Shown piece by piece: positions 26,301 to 41,300 of a DNA stretch of 64,000 nt. The position numbers and the translations under genes were made by a program. This DNA comes from Eledone cirrhosa (taxonomy: Eukaryota), in contig OZ024744.1 of the NCBI GenBank assembly GCA_964016885.1, positions 15,128,001 to 15,192,000 of the forward strand. The letters run 5' to 3'. Every line of letters begins with the position of its first letter. Positions within the stretch are counted from its first letter, which is position 1. The notes below the pieces were generated by a model. It searched no databases. It was given only the letters and a program-made list of their open reading frames with translations, and was not told the origin of the DNA.

Positions 26301-29300
26301 GGGTACTTTTTGTCATGACACCTACATGACCACTTTACAGTGTGGACTGGGTACTTTTTGTTGTGACACGTACATGACCACTTTACAGTGTGGACTGGGT
26401 ACCTTTTTTCATGATACCTTCATGACCACTTTACAGTGTGGACTGGGTACCTTTTGTCATGACACTTACATGATCACTTTACCGTGTGGACTGGGTACTT
26501 TTTGTGATGACACCTACGTGACCACTTTACAGTGTGGACTGGGTGTTTTCGTTGTGACAGCTACATGACCACTTTACAGTGTGGACTGGGTACTTTTTGT
26601 CATGACACCTACATCACCACTTTACAGTGTGGACTAGGTACTTTTGTCATGACACCTACATGATCACTTTACAGTGTGGACTGGGTATTTTTTGTCATGA
26701 CACCTTTATGACCACATTTACAGTGTGGACTGGGTGTTTTTGTTGTGACACCTACACAACCACTTTACAGTGTGGACTGGGTACTCTTTGCTGTGACACC
26801 TACATGACCACTTTAAAGTGTGGACTGGGTACTTTTTGTTGTGACACCTACATGAGCACTTTACAGTGTGGACTGGGTACTTTTTGTTGTGACACATACA
26901 TGACCACTTTACAGTGTGGACTGGGTACTTTTTGTTGTGACACCTACATGACCACTTTACAGTGTGGACTGGGTACTGTTTGTTGTGACACCTACATGAC
27001 CACTTTACAGTGTAGACTGTGTACTTTTTGTCGTAACACCTACATCACCTCTTTACAGTGTGAGCTGGGTACTTTTTGTCATGACACCTACATGACCACT
27101 TTACAGTGTGGACTGGGTACTTTTTGTTGTGACACGTACATGACCACTTTACAGTGTGGACTAGGTACCTTTTTTCATGATACCTTCATGACCACTTTAC
27201 AGTGTGGACTGGGTACCTTTTGTCATGACACTTACATGATCACTTTACCGTGTGGACTAGGTACTTTTTGTGATGACACCTACGTGACCACTTTACAGTG
27301 TGGACTGGGTGTTTTCGTTGTGACACCTACATGACCACTTTACAGTGTGGACTGGGTACTTTTTGTCATAACACCTACATGACCACTTTACAGTGTGGAC
27401 AGGGCACTTTTTGTTGTGACACCTACATGACCACTTTACAGTGTGGACAGGGCACTTTTTGTTGTGACACCTACACAACCACTTTACAGTGTGGACTGGG
27501 TACTGTTTGTCGTGAAACCTACATGACCACTTTACAGTGTGGACTGGGTACTTTTTGTCGTGACACCTACATCACCACTTTACAGTGTGGACTAGGTACT
27601 TTTGTCATGACACCTTCATGACCACTTTACAGTGTGGACTGGGTACTTTTTGTCATAACACCTACATGACCACTTTACAGTGTGGACTGGGTACTTTTTG
27701 TTGTGACACCTACATGACCACTTTATAGTGTGGACTTGGTACTTTTTGTCGTGACACCTACATGACCACTTTACAGTGTGGACTAGGTACTTTTGTCATG
27801 ACACCTTCATGACCACTTTACAGTGTGGACTGGGTACTTTTTGTCATGACACCTTTATGACCACATTTACAGTGTAGACTGGGTGTTTTTGTTGACATCT
27901 ACATGACCACTTTACAGTGTGGACTGGGTACTTTTTGTTGTGAGACGTACATGACAACTTTACAGTGTGGACTGGGTACTTTTTGTCATGACACCTACAT
28001 GACCACTTTACAGTGTGGACTGGGTACATTTGTCATGTCCCCCTTCATGACCACATTTTTAGTGTGGACTGGATACTTTTTATCATGACACCAACATGAC
28101 CACTTTACAGTGTGGACTGGGTCAATTTTGTCATGACACCTACATGACCACCTTACAGTGTGGACTGGGTACTTTTTGTCATGACACCTTTATGACCACA
28201 TTTACAGTGTGGACTGGGTGTTTTTGTTGACATCTACATGACCACTTTACAGTGTGGACTGGATATTTTTTGTCATAACACCTACATGACCACTTTACAG
28301 TGTGGACTGGGTACTTTTGTTGTGACACCTACATGACCACTTTACAGTGTGGACTGGGTACTTTTTGCATGACACCTACCTGACCACTTTACAGTGTGGA
28401 CTGGGTACTTTTGTCATGACACCTTCATGACCACTTTACAGTGTGGACTGGGTACTTTTTGTCATGACACCTACATGACCTCTTTACAGTGTGTACTGGG
28501 TACTTTTTGCTGTGAGACCTACATGAACACTTTACAGTGTGGACTGGGTATTTTTGTTGTGACACCTACATGACCACTTTACAGTGTGGACTGGGTACTT
28601 TTTGTCATGACACATACATGACCACTTTACAGTGTGGACTGGGTACTTTTTGTCGTGACACCTACATGACCACTTTACAGTGTGGACTGGGTACTTTTTG
28701 TTATGACACCTACATGACCACTTTACAGTGTAGACTGGGTAGTTTTTGTTGTGACACCTCCATCACCACTTTACAGTGTGGACTGGGTGTTTTTGTTGGG
28801 ACACCTACATGACCACTTTACAGTGTGGACTGGGTACTTTTTGTTGTGACACCTACATGACCACTTTACAGTGTGGACTGAGTACATTTTGTTGTAACAC
28901 CTACATTACCACTTTACAGTGTGGACTGGGTACTTTTTGTCGTGACACCTACATGACCACTTTACAGTGTGGACTAGGTACTTTTGTCATGACACCTTCA
29001 TGAGCACATTTACAGTGTGGACTGGGTGTTTTTGTTGTGACACCTACATGACCACTTTACAGTGTGGACTGGGTACTTTTTGTTGTGACATCTACATGAC
29101 AACTTTACAGTGTGGACTGGATACTTTTTGTCATGACACCTACATGACCAATTTACAGTGTGGGCTGGGTGTTTTTGTTGTGACACATACATGACCACTT
29201 TACAGTGTGGACTGGGTACTTTTTGTTGTGACACCTACATGACCACTTTACAGTGTGGACTGGGTACTTTTTGTTGTGACACCTACATGACCACTTTACA

Positions 29301-32300
29301 GTGTGGACTGGGTGCTTTTGTCATGACATCTTCATGACCACTTTACAGTGTGGACTGGGTAGTTTTTGTCATGACACCTACATGACCACTTTATAGTGTG
29401 GACTGGGTACTTTTTGTCATGACACCAACATGACCACTTTACAGTGTGGACTGGGTCCTTTTTGTCATGACACCTACATGACCACTTTACAGTGTGGACT
29501 GGGTGTTTTTGTTGTGACACCTACATGACCACTTTACAATGTGGACTGGGTACTTTTGTTGTGACACCTACATGACCACTTTACAGTGTGCACTGGGTAC
29601 TTTTGTTGTGACACATACATGACCACTTTACAGTGTGGACTGGGTACTTTTTGTCATGACACCTACATGACCACTTTAGAGTGTGGACTGGGTGCTTTTG
29701 TCATGACACCTACATGACCACTTCACAGTGTGGACTGGGTACTTTTTGTCGTGACACCTACATGTCCACTTTACAGTGTGTACTGGGTACTTTTTGCTGT
29801 GACACCTACATGACCACTTTACAGTGTGGACTGGGTACTTTTTGTTGTGACACCTACGTGACCACTTTACAGTGTGGACTGGGTACGTTTTGTTGTGACA
29901 CCTACATGACCACTTTACAGTGTGTACTGGGTACTTTTTGCTGTGACACCTACATGACCACTTTACAGTGTGTACTGTGTACTTTTTGTTGTGACACCTA
30001 CATGACCACTTTACAGTGTGGACTGGGTACTTTTTGTCATAACACCTACATAACCACTTTACAGTATTGACTGGGTACTTTTTGTCATGACACCTACATG
30101 ACCACTTTACAGTGTGCACTGGGTACTTTTGTTGTGACACATACATGATCACTTCACATTGTGGACTGGGTACTTTTTGTCATGACACCTACATGACCAC
30201 TTTAGAGTGTGGACTGGGTGCTTTTGTCATGACACCTACATGACCAATTTACAGTGTGGGCTGGGTGTTTTTGTTGTGACACATACATGACCACTTTACA
30301 GTGTGGACTGGGTACTTATTGTCATGACACCAACATGACCACTTTACAGTGTGGACTGGGTACTTTTTGTCATGACACCTACATGACCACTTTACAGTGT
30401 GGACTGGGTCTTTTTGTTGTGACACCTTCATAACCACTTTACAGTGTGGACTGGGTACTTTTTGTTGTGACACCTGCATGACCACTTTACAGTGTGGACT
30501 GGGTACTTTTGTTGTGACACCTACATGACCACTTTACAGTGTGGACTGGGTACTTTTTGTCATAACACCTACATGACCACTTTACAGTGTGGACTGGGTA
30601 CTTTTTGTCATGATGCCTTCATGACCACTCTAGAGTGTGGACTGGGTGCTTTTGTCATGACACCTTCATGACCACTTCACAGTGTGGACTGGGTACTTTT
30701 TGTCGTGACACCTACATGACCACATTACAGTGTGGACTGGGTACTTTTTGTTGTGACACCTAGATGACCACTTTACAGTGTGCACTGGGTACTTTTGTTG
30801 TCACACATACATGATCACTTTACAGTGTGGACTGGGTACTTTTTGTCATGACACCTACATGACGACTTTAGAGTGTGGACTGGGTGCTTTTGTCATGACA
30901 CCTACATGACCACTTCACAGTGTGGACTAGGTACTTTTGTCATGACACCTTCATGAGCACATTTACAGTGTGGACTGGGTGTTTTTGTTGTGACACCTAC
31001 ATGACCACTTTACAGTGTGGACTGGGTACTTTTTGTTGTGACATCTACATGACAACTTTACAGTGTGGACTGGATACTTTTTGTCATGACACCTACATGA
31101 CCAATTTACAGTGTGGGCTGGGTGTTTTTGTTGTGACACATACATGACCACTTTACAGTGTGGACTGGGTACTTTTTGTTGTGACACCTACATGACCACT
31201 TTACAGTGTGGACTGGGTACTTTTTGTTGTGACACCTACATGACCACTTTACAGTGTGGACTGGGTGCTTTTGTCATGACATCTTCATGACCACTTTACA
31301 GTGTGGACTGGGTAGTTTTTGTCATGACACCTACATGACCACTTTATAGTGTGGACTGGGTACTTTTTGTCATGACACCAACATGACCACTTTACAGTGT
31401 GGACTGGGTCCTTTTTGTCATGACACCTACATGACCACTTTACAGTGTGGACTGGGTGTTTTTGTTGTGACACCTACATGACCACTTTACAATGTGGACT
31501 GGGTACTTTTGTTGTGACACCTACATGACCACTTTACAGTGTGCACTGGGTACTTTTGTTGTGACACATACATGACCACTTTACAGTGTGGACTGGGTAC
31601 TTTTTGTCATGACACCTACATGACCACTTTAGAGTGTGGACTGGGTGCTTTTGTCATGACACCTACATGACCACTTCACAGTGTGGACTGGGTACTTTTT
31701 GTCGTGACACCTACATGTCCACTTTACAGTGTGTACTGGGTACTTTTTGCTGTGACACCTACATGACCACTTTACAGTGTGGACTGGGTACTTTTTGTTG
31801 TGACACCTACGTGACCACTTTACAGTGTGGACTGGGTACGTTTTGTTGTGACACCTACATGACCACTTTACAGTGTGTACTGGGTACTTTTTGCTGTGAC
31901 ACCTACATGACCACTTTACAGTGTGTACTGTGTACTTTTTGTTGTGACACCTACATGACCACTTTACAGTGTGGACTGGGTACTTTTTGTCATAACACCT
32001 ACATAACCACTTTACAGTATTGACTGGGTACTTTTTGTCATGACACCTACATGACCACTTTACAGTGTGCACTGGGTACTTTTGTTGTGACACATACATG
32101 ATCACTTCACATTGTGGACTGGGTACTTTTTGTCATGACACCTACATGACCACTTTAGAGTGTGGACTGGGTGCTTTTGTCATGACACCTACATGACCAA
32201 TTTACAGTGTGGGCTGGGTGTTTTTGTTGTGACACATACATGACCACTTTACAGTGTGGACTGGGTACTTATTGTCATGACACCAACATGACCACTTTAC

Positions 32301-35300
32301 AGTGTGGACTGGGTACTTTTTGTCATGACACCTACATGACCACTTTACAGTGTGGACTGGGTCTTTTTGTTGTGACACCTTCATAACCACTTTACAGTGT
32401 GGACTGGGTACTTTTTGTTGTGACACCTGCATGACCACTTTACAGTGTGGACTGGGTACTTTTGTTGTGACACCTACATGACCACTTTACAGTGTGGACT
32501 GGGTACTTTTTGTCATAACACCTACATGACCACTTTACAGTGTGGACTGGGTACTTTTTGTCATGATGCCTTCATGACCACTCTAGAGTGTGGACTGGGT
32601 GCTTTTGTCATGACACCTTCATGACCACTTCACAGTGTGGACTGGGTACTTTTTGTCGTGACACCTACATGACCACATTACAGTGTGGACTGGGTACTTT
32701 TTGTTGTGACACCTAGATGACCACTTTACAGTGTGCACTGGGTACTTTTGTTGTCACACATACATGATCACTTTACAGTGTGGACTGGGTACTTTTTGTC
32801 ATGACACCTACATGACGACTTTAGAGTGTGGACTGGGTGCTTTTGTCATGACACCTACATGACCACTTCACAGTGTGGACTGGGTACTTTTTGTTGTGAC
32901 ACATACATGACCACTTTACAGTGTGGACTGGGTACTTTTTGCTGTGACACCTACATGACCACTTTACAGTGTGGACTGGGTACTTTTTGTTGTGACACCT
33001 AGGTGACCACTTTACAGTGTGGACTGGGTACGTTTTGTTGTGACACCTACATGACCACTTTACAGTGTGTACTGGGTACTTTTTGCTGTGACACCTACAT
33101 GACCACTTTACAGTGTGTACTGTGTACTTTTTGTTGTGACACCTACATGACCACTTTACAGTGTGGACTGGGTACTTTTTGTCATAACACCTACATAACC
33201 ACTTTACAGTATTGACTGGGTACTTTTTGTCATGACACCTACATGACCACTTTACAGTGTGCACTGGGTACTTTTGTTGTGACACATACATGATCACTTC
33301 ACATTGTGGACTGGGTACTTTTTGTCATGACACCTACATGACCACTTTAGAGTGTGGACTGGGTGCTTTTGTCATGACACCTTCATGACCACTTCACAGT
33401 GTGGACTGGGTACTTTTTGTCGTGACCTACATGACCACTTTACAGTATGGACTGGGTACTTTTTGTTGTGACACCTACATGACCACATTACAGTGTGGAC
33501 TGGGTACTTTTTGTTGTGACACCTAGATGACCACTTTACAGTGTGCACTGGGTACTTTTGTTGTCACACATACATGATCACTTTACAGTGTGGACTGGGT
33601 ACTTTTTGTCATGACACCTACATGACCACTTTAGAGTGTGGACTGGGTGCTTTTGTCATGACACCTACATGACCAATTTACAGTGTGGGCTGGGTGTTTT
33701 TGTTGTGACACATACATGACCACTTTACAGTGTGGACTGGGTACTTATTGTCATGACACCAACATGACCACTTTACAGTGTGGACTGGGTACTTTTTGTC
33801 ATGACACCTACATGACCACTTTACAGTGTGGACTGGGTCTTTTTGTTGTGACACCTTCATAACCACTTTACAGTGTGGACTGGGTACTTTTTGTTGTGAC
33901 ACCTGCATGACCACTTTACAGTGTGGACTGGGTACTTTTGTTGTGACACCTACATGACCACTTTACAGTGTGGACTGGGTACTTTTTGTCATAACACCTA
34001 CATGACCACTTTACAGTGTGGACTGGGTACTTTTTGTCATGATGCCTTCATGACCACTCTAGAGTGTGGACTGGGTGCTTTTGTCATGACACCTTCATGA
34101 CCACTTCACAGTGTGGACTGGGTACTTTTTGTCGTGACACCTACATGACCACATTACAGTGTGGACTGGGTACTTTTTGTTGTGACACCTAGATGACCAC
34201 TTTACAGTGTGCACTGGGTACTTTTGTTGTCACACATACATGATCACTTTACAGTGTGGACTGGGTACTTTTTGTCATGACACCTACATGACGACTTTAG
34301 AGTGTGGACTGGGTGCTTTTGTCATGACACCTACATGACCACTTCACAGTGTGGACTGGGTACTTTTTGTTGTGACACATACATGACCACTTTACAGTGT
34401 GGACTGGGTACTTTTTGCTGTGACACCTACATGACCACTTTACAGTGTGGACTGGGTACTTTTTGTTGTGACACCTAGGTGACCACTTTACAGTGTGGAC
34501 TGGGTACGTTTTGTTGTGACACCTACATGACCACTTTACAGTGTGTACTGGGTACTTTTTGCTGTGACACCTACATGACCACTTTACAGTGTGTACTGTG
34601 TACTTTTTGTTGTGACACCTACATGACCACTTTACAGTGTGGACTGGGTACTTTTTGTCATAACACCTACATAACCACTTTACAGTATTGACTGGGTACT
34701 TTTTGTCATGACACCTACATGACCACTTTACAGTGTGCACTGGGTACTTTTGTTGTGACACATACATGATCACTTCACATTGTGGACTGGGTACTTTTTG
34801 TCATGACACCTACATGACCACTTTAGAGTGTGGACTGGGTGCTTTTGTCATGACACCTTCATGACCACTTCACAGTGTGGACTGGGTACTTTTTGTCGTG
34901 ACCTACATGACCACTTTACAGTATGGACTGGGTACTTTTTGTTGTGACACCTACATGACCACATTACAGTGTGGACTGGGTACTTTTTGTTGTGACACCT
35001 AGATGACCACTTTACAGTGTGCACTGGGTACTTTTGTTGTCACACATACATGATCACTTTACAGTGTGGACTGGGTACTTTTTGTCATGACACCTACATG
35101 ACCACTTTACAGTGTGGACTGGGTACTTTTTGTCATGACACCTACATGACCACTTTACAGTGTGGACTGGGTACTTTTTGTCATGACACCTACATGACCA
35201 CTTTACAGTGTGGACTGTGTAGTTTTTGTCATAACACCTACATGACCACTTTACAGTATGGACTGGATACTTGTTGCCATGACAAATACATGACCACTTT

Positions 35301-38300
35301 ACAGTGTGGACTGGGTACTTTTTGTTGTGACACCTGCATGACCACTTTACAGTGTGCACTGGGTACTTTTTGTTGTGGCACCTACATGACCACTTTACAG
35401 TGTGGACTGGGTAGTTTTTGTCATAACACCTACATGACCACTTTACAGTATGGACTGGATACTTGTTGCCATGACAAATACATGACCACTTTACAGTGTG
35501 GACTGGGTACTTTTTGTTGTGACACCTGCATGACCACTTTACAGTGTGCACTGGGTACTTTTTGTTATGACACCTACATGACCACTTTACAGTGTAGACT
35601 GGGTAGTTTTTGTTGTGACACCTCCATCACCACTTTACAGTGTGGACTGGGTGTTTTTGTTGGGACACCTACATGACCACTTTACAGTGTGGACTGGGTA
35701 CTTTTTGTTGTGACACCTACATGACCACTTTACAGTGTGGACTGAGTACATTTTGTTGTAACACCTAGATGACCACTTTACAGTGTGGACTGGGTACTTT
35801 TTGTCGTGACACCTACATGACCACTTTACAGTGTGGACTAGGTACTTTTGTCATGACACCTTCATGAGCACATTTACAGTGTGGACTGGGTGTTTTTGTT
35901 GTGACACCTACATGACCACTTTACAGTGTGGACTGGGTACTTTTTGTTGTGACATCTACATGACAACTTTACAGTGTGGACTGGATACTTTTTGTCATGA
36001 CACCTACATGACCAATTTACAGTGTGGGCTGGGTGTTTTTGTTGTGACACCTACATGACCACTTTACAGTGTGGACTGGGTACTTTTTGTTGTGACACCT
36101 ACATGACCACTTTACAGTGTGGACTGGGTACTTTTTGTTGTGACACCTACATGACCACTTTACAGTGTGGACTGGGTGCTTTTGTCATGACATCTTCATG
36201 ACCACTTTACAGTGTGGACTGGGTAGTTTTTGTCATGACACCTACATGACCACTTTATAGTGTGGACTGGGTACTTTTTGTCATGACACCTACATGACCA
36301 CTTTAGAGTGTGGACTGGGTGCTTTTGTCATGACACCTACACGACCACTTCACAGTGTGGACTGGGTACTTTTTGTCGTGACACCTACATGTCCACTTTA
36401 CAGTGTGTACTGGGTACTTTTTGCTGTGACACCTACATGACCACTTTACAGTGTGGACTGGGTACTTTTTGTTGTGACACCTACATGACCACTTTACAGT
36501 GTGGACTGGGTACGTTTTGTTGTGACACCTACATGACCACTTTACAGTGTGTACTGGGTACTTTTTGCTGTGACACCTACATGACCACTTTACAGTGTGT
36601 ACTGGGTACTTTTTGTTGTGACACCTACATGACCACTTTACAGTGTGGACTGGGTACTTTTTGTCATAACACCTACATAACCACTTTACAGTATGGACTG
36701 GGTACTTTTTGTCATGACACCTACATGACCACTTTACAGTGTGCACTGGGTACTTTTGTTGTGACACATACATGATCACTTCACATTGTGGACTGGGTAC
36801 ATTTTGTCATGACACCTACATGACCACTTTAGAGTGTGGACTGGGTGCTTTTGTCATGACACCTCCATGACCACTTTACAGTGTGGACTGGGTAGTTTTT
36901 GTCATGACACCTACATGACCACTTTACAGTGTGGACTGGGTACTTATTGTCATGACACCAACATGACCACTTTACAGTGTGGACTGGGTACTTTTTGTCA
37001 TGACACCTACATGACCACTTTACAGTGTGGACTGGGTCTTTTTGTTGTGACACCTTCATAACCACTTTACAGTGTGGACTGGGTACTTTTTGTTGTGACA
37101 CCTGCATGACCACTTTACAGTGTGGACTGGGTACTTTTGTTGTGACACCTACATGACCACTTTACAGTGTGGACTGGGTACTTTTTGTCATAACACCTAC
37201 ATGACCACTTTACAGTGTGGACTGGGTACTTTTTGTCATGATATCTTCATGACCACTCTAGAGTGTGGACTGGGTGCTTTTGTCATGACACCTTCATGAC
37301 CACTTCACAGTGTGGACTGGGTACTTTTTGTCGTGACCTACATGACCACTTTACAGTATGGACTGGGTACTTTTTGTTGTGACACCTACATGACCACATT
37401 ACAGTGTGGACTGGGTACTTTTTGTTGTGACACCTAGATGACCACTTTACAGTGTGCACTGGGTACTTTTGTTGTGACACATACATGATCACTTTACAGT
37501 GTGGACTGGGTACTTTTTGTCATGACACCTACATGACCACTTTACAGTGTGGACTGGGTAATTTTTGCTGTGACACCTACATGACCACTTTACAGTGTGG
37601 ACTGGGTAGTTTTTGTCATAACACCTACATGACCACTTTACAGTATGGACTGGATACTTGTTGCCATGACAAATACATGACCACTTTACAGTGTGGACTG
37701 TGTACTTTCTGTCATGACACCTACATGACCACTTTACAGTGTGGACTGGGTACTTTTTGTCATAACACCTACATGACCACTTTACAGTGTGGACTGGGTA
37801 GTTTTTGTCATAACACCTACATGACCACTTTACAATATGGACTGGATACTTGTTGCCATGACAAATACATGACCACTTTACAGTGTGGACTGGGTACTTT
37901 TTGTTGTGACACCTGCATGACCACTTTACAGTGTGCACTGGGTACTTTTGTTGTGACACATACATGATCACTTCACATTGTGGACTGGGTACTTTTTGTC
38001 ATGACACCTACATGACCACTTTAGAGTGTGGACTGGGTGCTTTTGTCATGACACCTACATGACCAATTTACAGTGTGGGCTGGGTGTTTTTGTTGTGACA
38101 CATACATGACCACTTTACAGTGTGGACTGGGTACTTATTGTCATGACACCAACATGACCACTTTACAGTGTGGACTGGGTACTTTTTGTCATGACACCTA
38201 CATGACCACTTTACAGTGTGGACTGGGTCTTTTTGTTGTGACACCTTCATAACCACTTTACAGTGTGGACTGGGTACTTTTTGTTGTGACACCTGCATGA

Positions 38301-41300
38301 CCACTTTACAGTGTGGACTGGGTACTTTTGTTGTGACACCTACATGACCACTTTACAGTGTGGACTGGGTACTTTTTGTCATAACACCTACATGACCACT
38401 TTACAGTGTGGACTGGGTACTTTTTGTCATGATGCCTTCATGACCACTCTAGAGTGTGGACTGGGTGCTTTTGTCATGACACCTTCATGACCACTTCACA
38501 GTGTGGACTGGGTACTTTTTGTCGTGACACCTACATGACCACATTACAGTGTGGACTGGGTACTTTTTGTTGTGACACCTAGATGACCACTTTACAGTGT
38601 GCACTGGGTACTTTTGTTGTCACACATACATGATCACTTTACAGTGTGGACTGGGTACTTTTTGTCATGACACCTACATGACGACTTTAGAGTGTGGACT
38701 GGGTGCTTTTGTCATGACACCTACATGACCACTTCACAGTGTGGACTGGGTACTTTTTGTTGTGACACATACATGACCACTTTACAGTGTGGACTGGGTA
38801 CTTTTTGCTGTGACACCTACATGACCACTTTACAGTGTGGACTGGGTACTTTTTGTTGTGACACCTAGGTGACCACTTTACAGTGTGGACTGGGTACGTT
38901 TTGTTGTGACACCTACATGACCACTTTACAGTGTGTACTGGGTACTTTTTGCTGTGACACCTACATGACCACTTTACAGTGTGTACTGTGTACTTTTTGT
39001 TGTGACACCTACATGACCACTTTACAGTGTGGACTGGGTACTTTTTCTCATAACACCTACATAACCACTTTACAGTATTGACTGGGTACTTTTTGTCATG
39101 ACACCTACATGACCACTTTACAGTGTGCACTGGGTACTTTTGTTGTGACACATACATGATCACTTCACATTGTGGACTGGGTACTTTTTGTCATGACACC
39201 TACATGACCACTTTAGAGTGTGGACTGGGTGCTTTTGTCATGACACCTTCATGACCACTTCACAGTGTGGACTGGGTACTTTTTGTCGTGACCTACATGA
39301 CCACTTTACAGTATGGACTGGGTACTTTTTGTTGTGACACCTACATGACCACATTACAGTGTGGACTGGGTACTTTTTGTTGTGACACCTAGATGACCAC
39401 TTTACAGTGTGCACTGGGTACTTTTGTTGTCACACATACATGATCACTTTACAGTGTGGACTGGGTACTTTTTGTCATGACACCTACATGACCACTTTAC
39501 AGTGTGGACTGGGTACTTTTTGTCATGACACCTACATGACCACTTTACAGTGTGGACTGGGTACTTTTTGTCATGACACCTACATGACCACTTTACAGTG
39601 TGGACTGGGTAGTTTTTGTCATAACACCTACATGACCACTTTACAGTATGGACTGGATACTTGTTGCCATGACAAATACATGACCACTTTACAGTGTGGA
39701 CTGGGTACTTTTTGTTGTGACACCTGCATGACCACTTTACAGTGTGCACTGGGTACTTTTTGTTGTGGCACCTACATGACCACTTTACAGTGTGGACTGG
39801 GTAGTTTTTGTCATAACACCTACATGACCACTTTACAGTATGGACTGGATACTTGTTGCCATGACAAATACATGACCACTTTACAGTGTGGACTGGGTAC
39901 TTTTTGTTGTGACACCTGCATGACCACTTTACAGTGTGCACTGGGTACTTTTTGTTATGACACCTACATGACCACTTTACAGTGTAGACTGGGTAGTTTT
40001 TGTTGTGACACCTCCATCACCACTTTACAGTGTGGACTGGGTGTTTTTGTTGGGACACCTACATGACCACTTTACAGTGTGGACTGGGTACTTTTTGTTG
40101 TGACACCTACATGACCACTTTACAGTGTGGACTGAGTACATTTTGTTGTAACACCTACATGACCACTTTACAGTGTGGACTGGGTACTTTTTGTCGTGAC
40201 ACCTACATGACCACTTTACAGTGTGGACTAGGTACTTTTGTCATGACACCTTCATGAGCACATTTACAGTGTGGACTGGGTGTTTTTGTTGTGACACCTA
40301 CATGACCACTTTACAGTGTGGACTGAGTACATTTTGTTGTAACACCTACATGACCACTTTACAGTGTGGACTGGGTACTTTTTGTCGTGACACCTACATG
40401 ACCACTTTACAGTGTGGACTAGGTACTTTTGTCATGACACCTTCATGAGCACATTTACAGTGTGGACTGGGTGTTTTTGTTGTGACACCTACATGACCAC
40501 TTTACAGTGTGGACTGGGTACTTTTTGTTGTGACATCTACATGACAACTTTACAGTGTGGACTGGATACTTTTTGTCATGACACCTACATGACCAATTTA
40601 CAGTGTGGGCTGGGTGTTTTTGTTGTGACACCTACATGACCACTTTACAGTGTGGACTGGGTACTTTTTGTTGTGACACCTACATGACCACTTTACAGTG
40701 TGGACTGGGTACTTTTTGTTGTGACACCTACATGACCACTTTACAGTGTGGACTGGGTGCTTTTGTCATGACATCTTCATGACCACTTTACAGTGTGGAC
40801 TGGGTAGTTTTTGTCATGACACCTACATGACCACTTTATAGTGTGGACTGGGTACTTTTTGTCATGACACCTACATGACCACTTTAGAGTGTGGACTGGG
40901 TGCTTTTGTCATGACACCTACACGACCACTTCACAGTGTGGACTGGGTACTTTTTGTCGTGACACCTACATGTCCACTTTACAGTGTGTACTGGGTACTT
41001 TTTGCTGTGACACCTACATGACCACTTTACAGTGTGGACTGGGTACTTTTTGTTGTGACACCTACATGACCACTTTACAGTGTGGACTGGGTACGTTTTG
41101 TTGTGACACCTACATGACCACTTTACAGTGTGTACTGGGTACTTTTTGCTGTGACACCTACATGACCACTTTACAGTGTGTACTGGGTACTTTTTGTTGT
41201 GACACCTACATGACCACTTTACAGTGTGGACTGGGTACTTTTTGTCATAACACCTACATAACCACTTTACAGTATGGACTGGGTACTTTTTGTCATGACA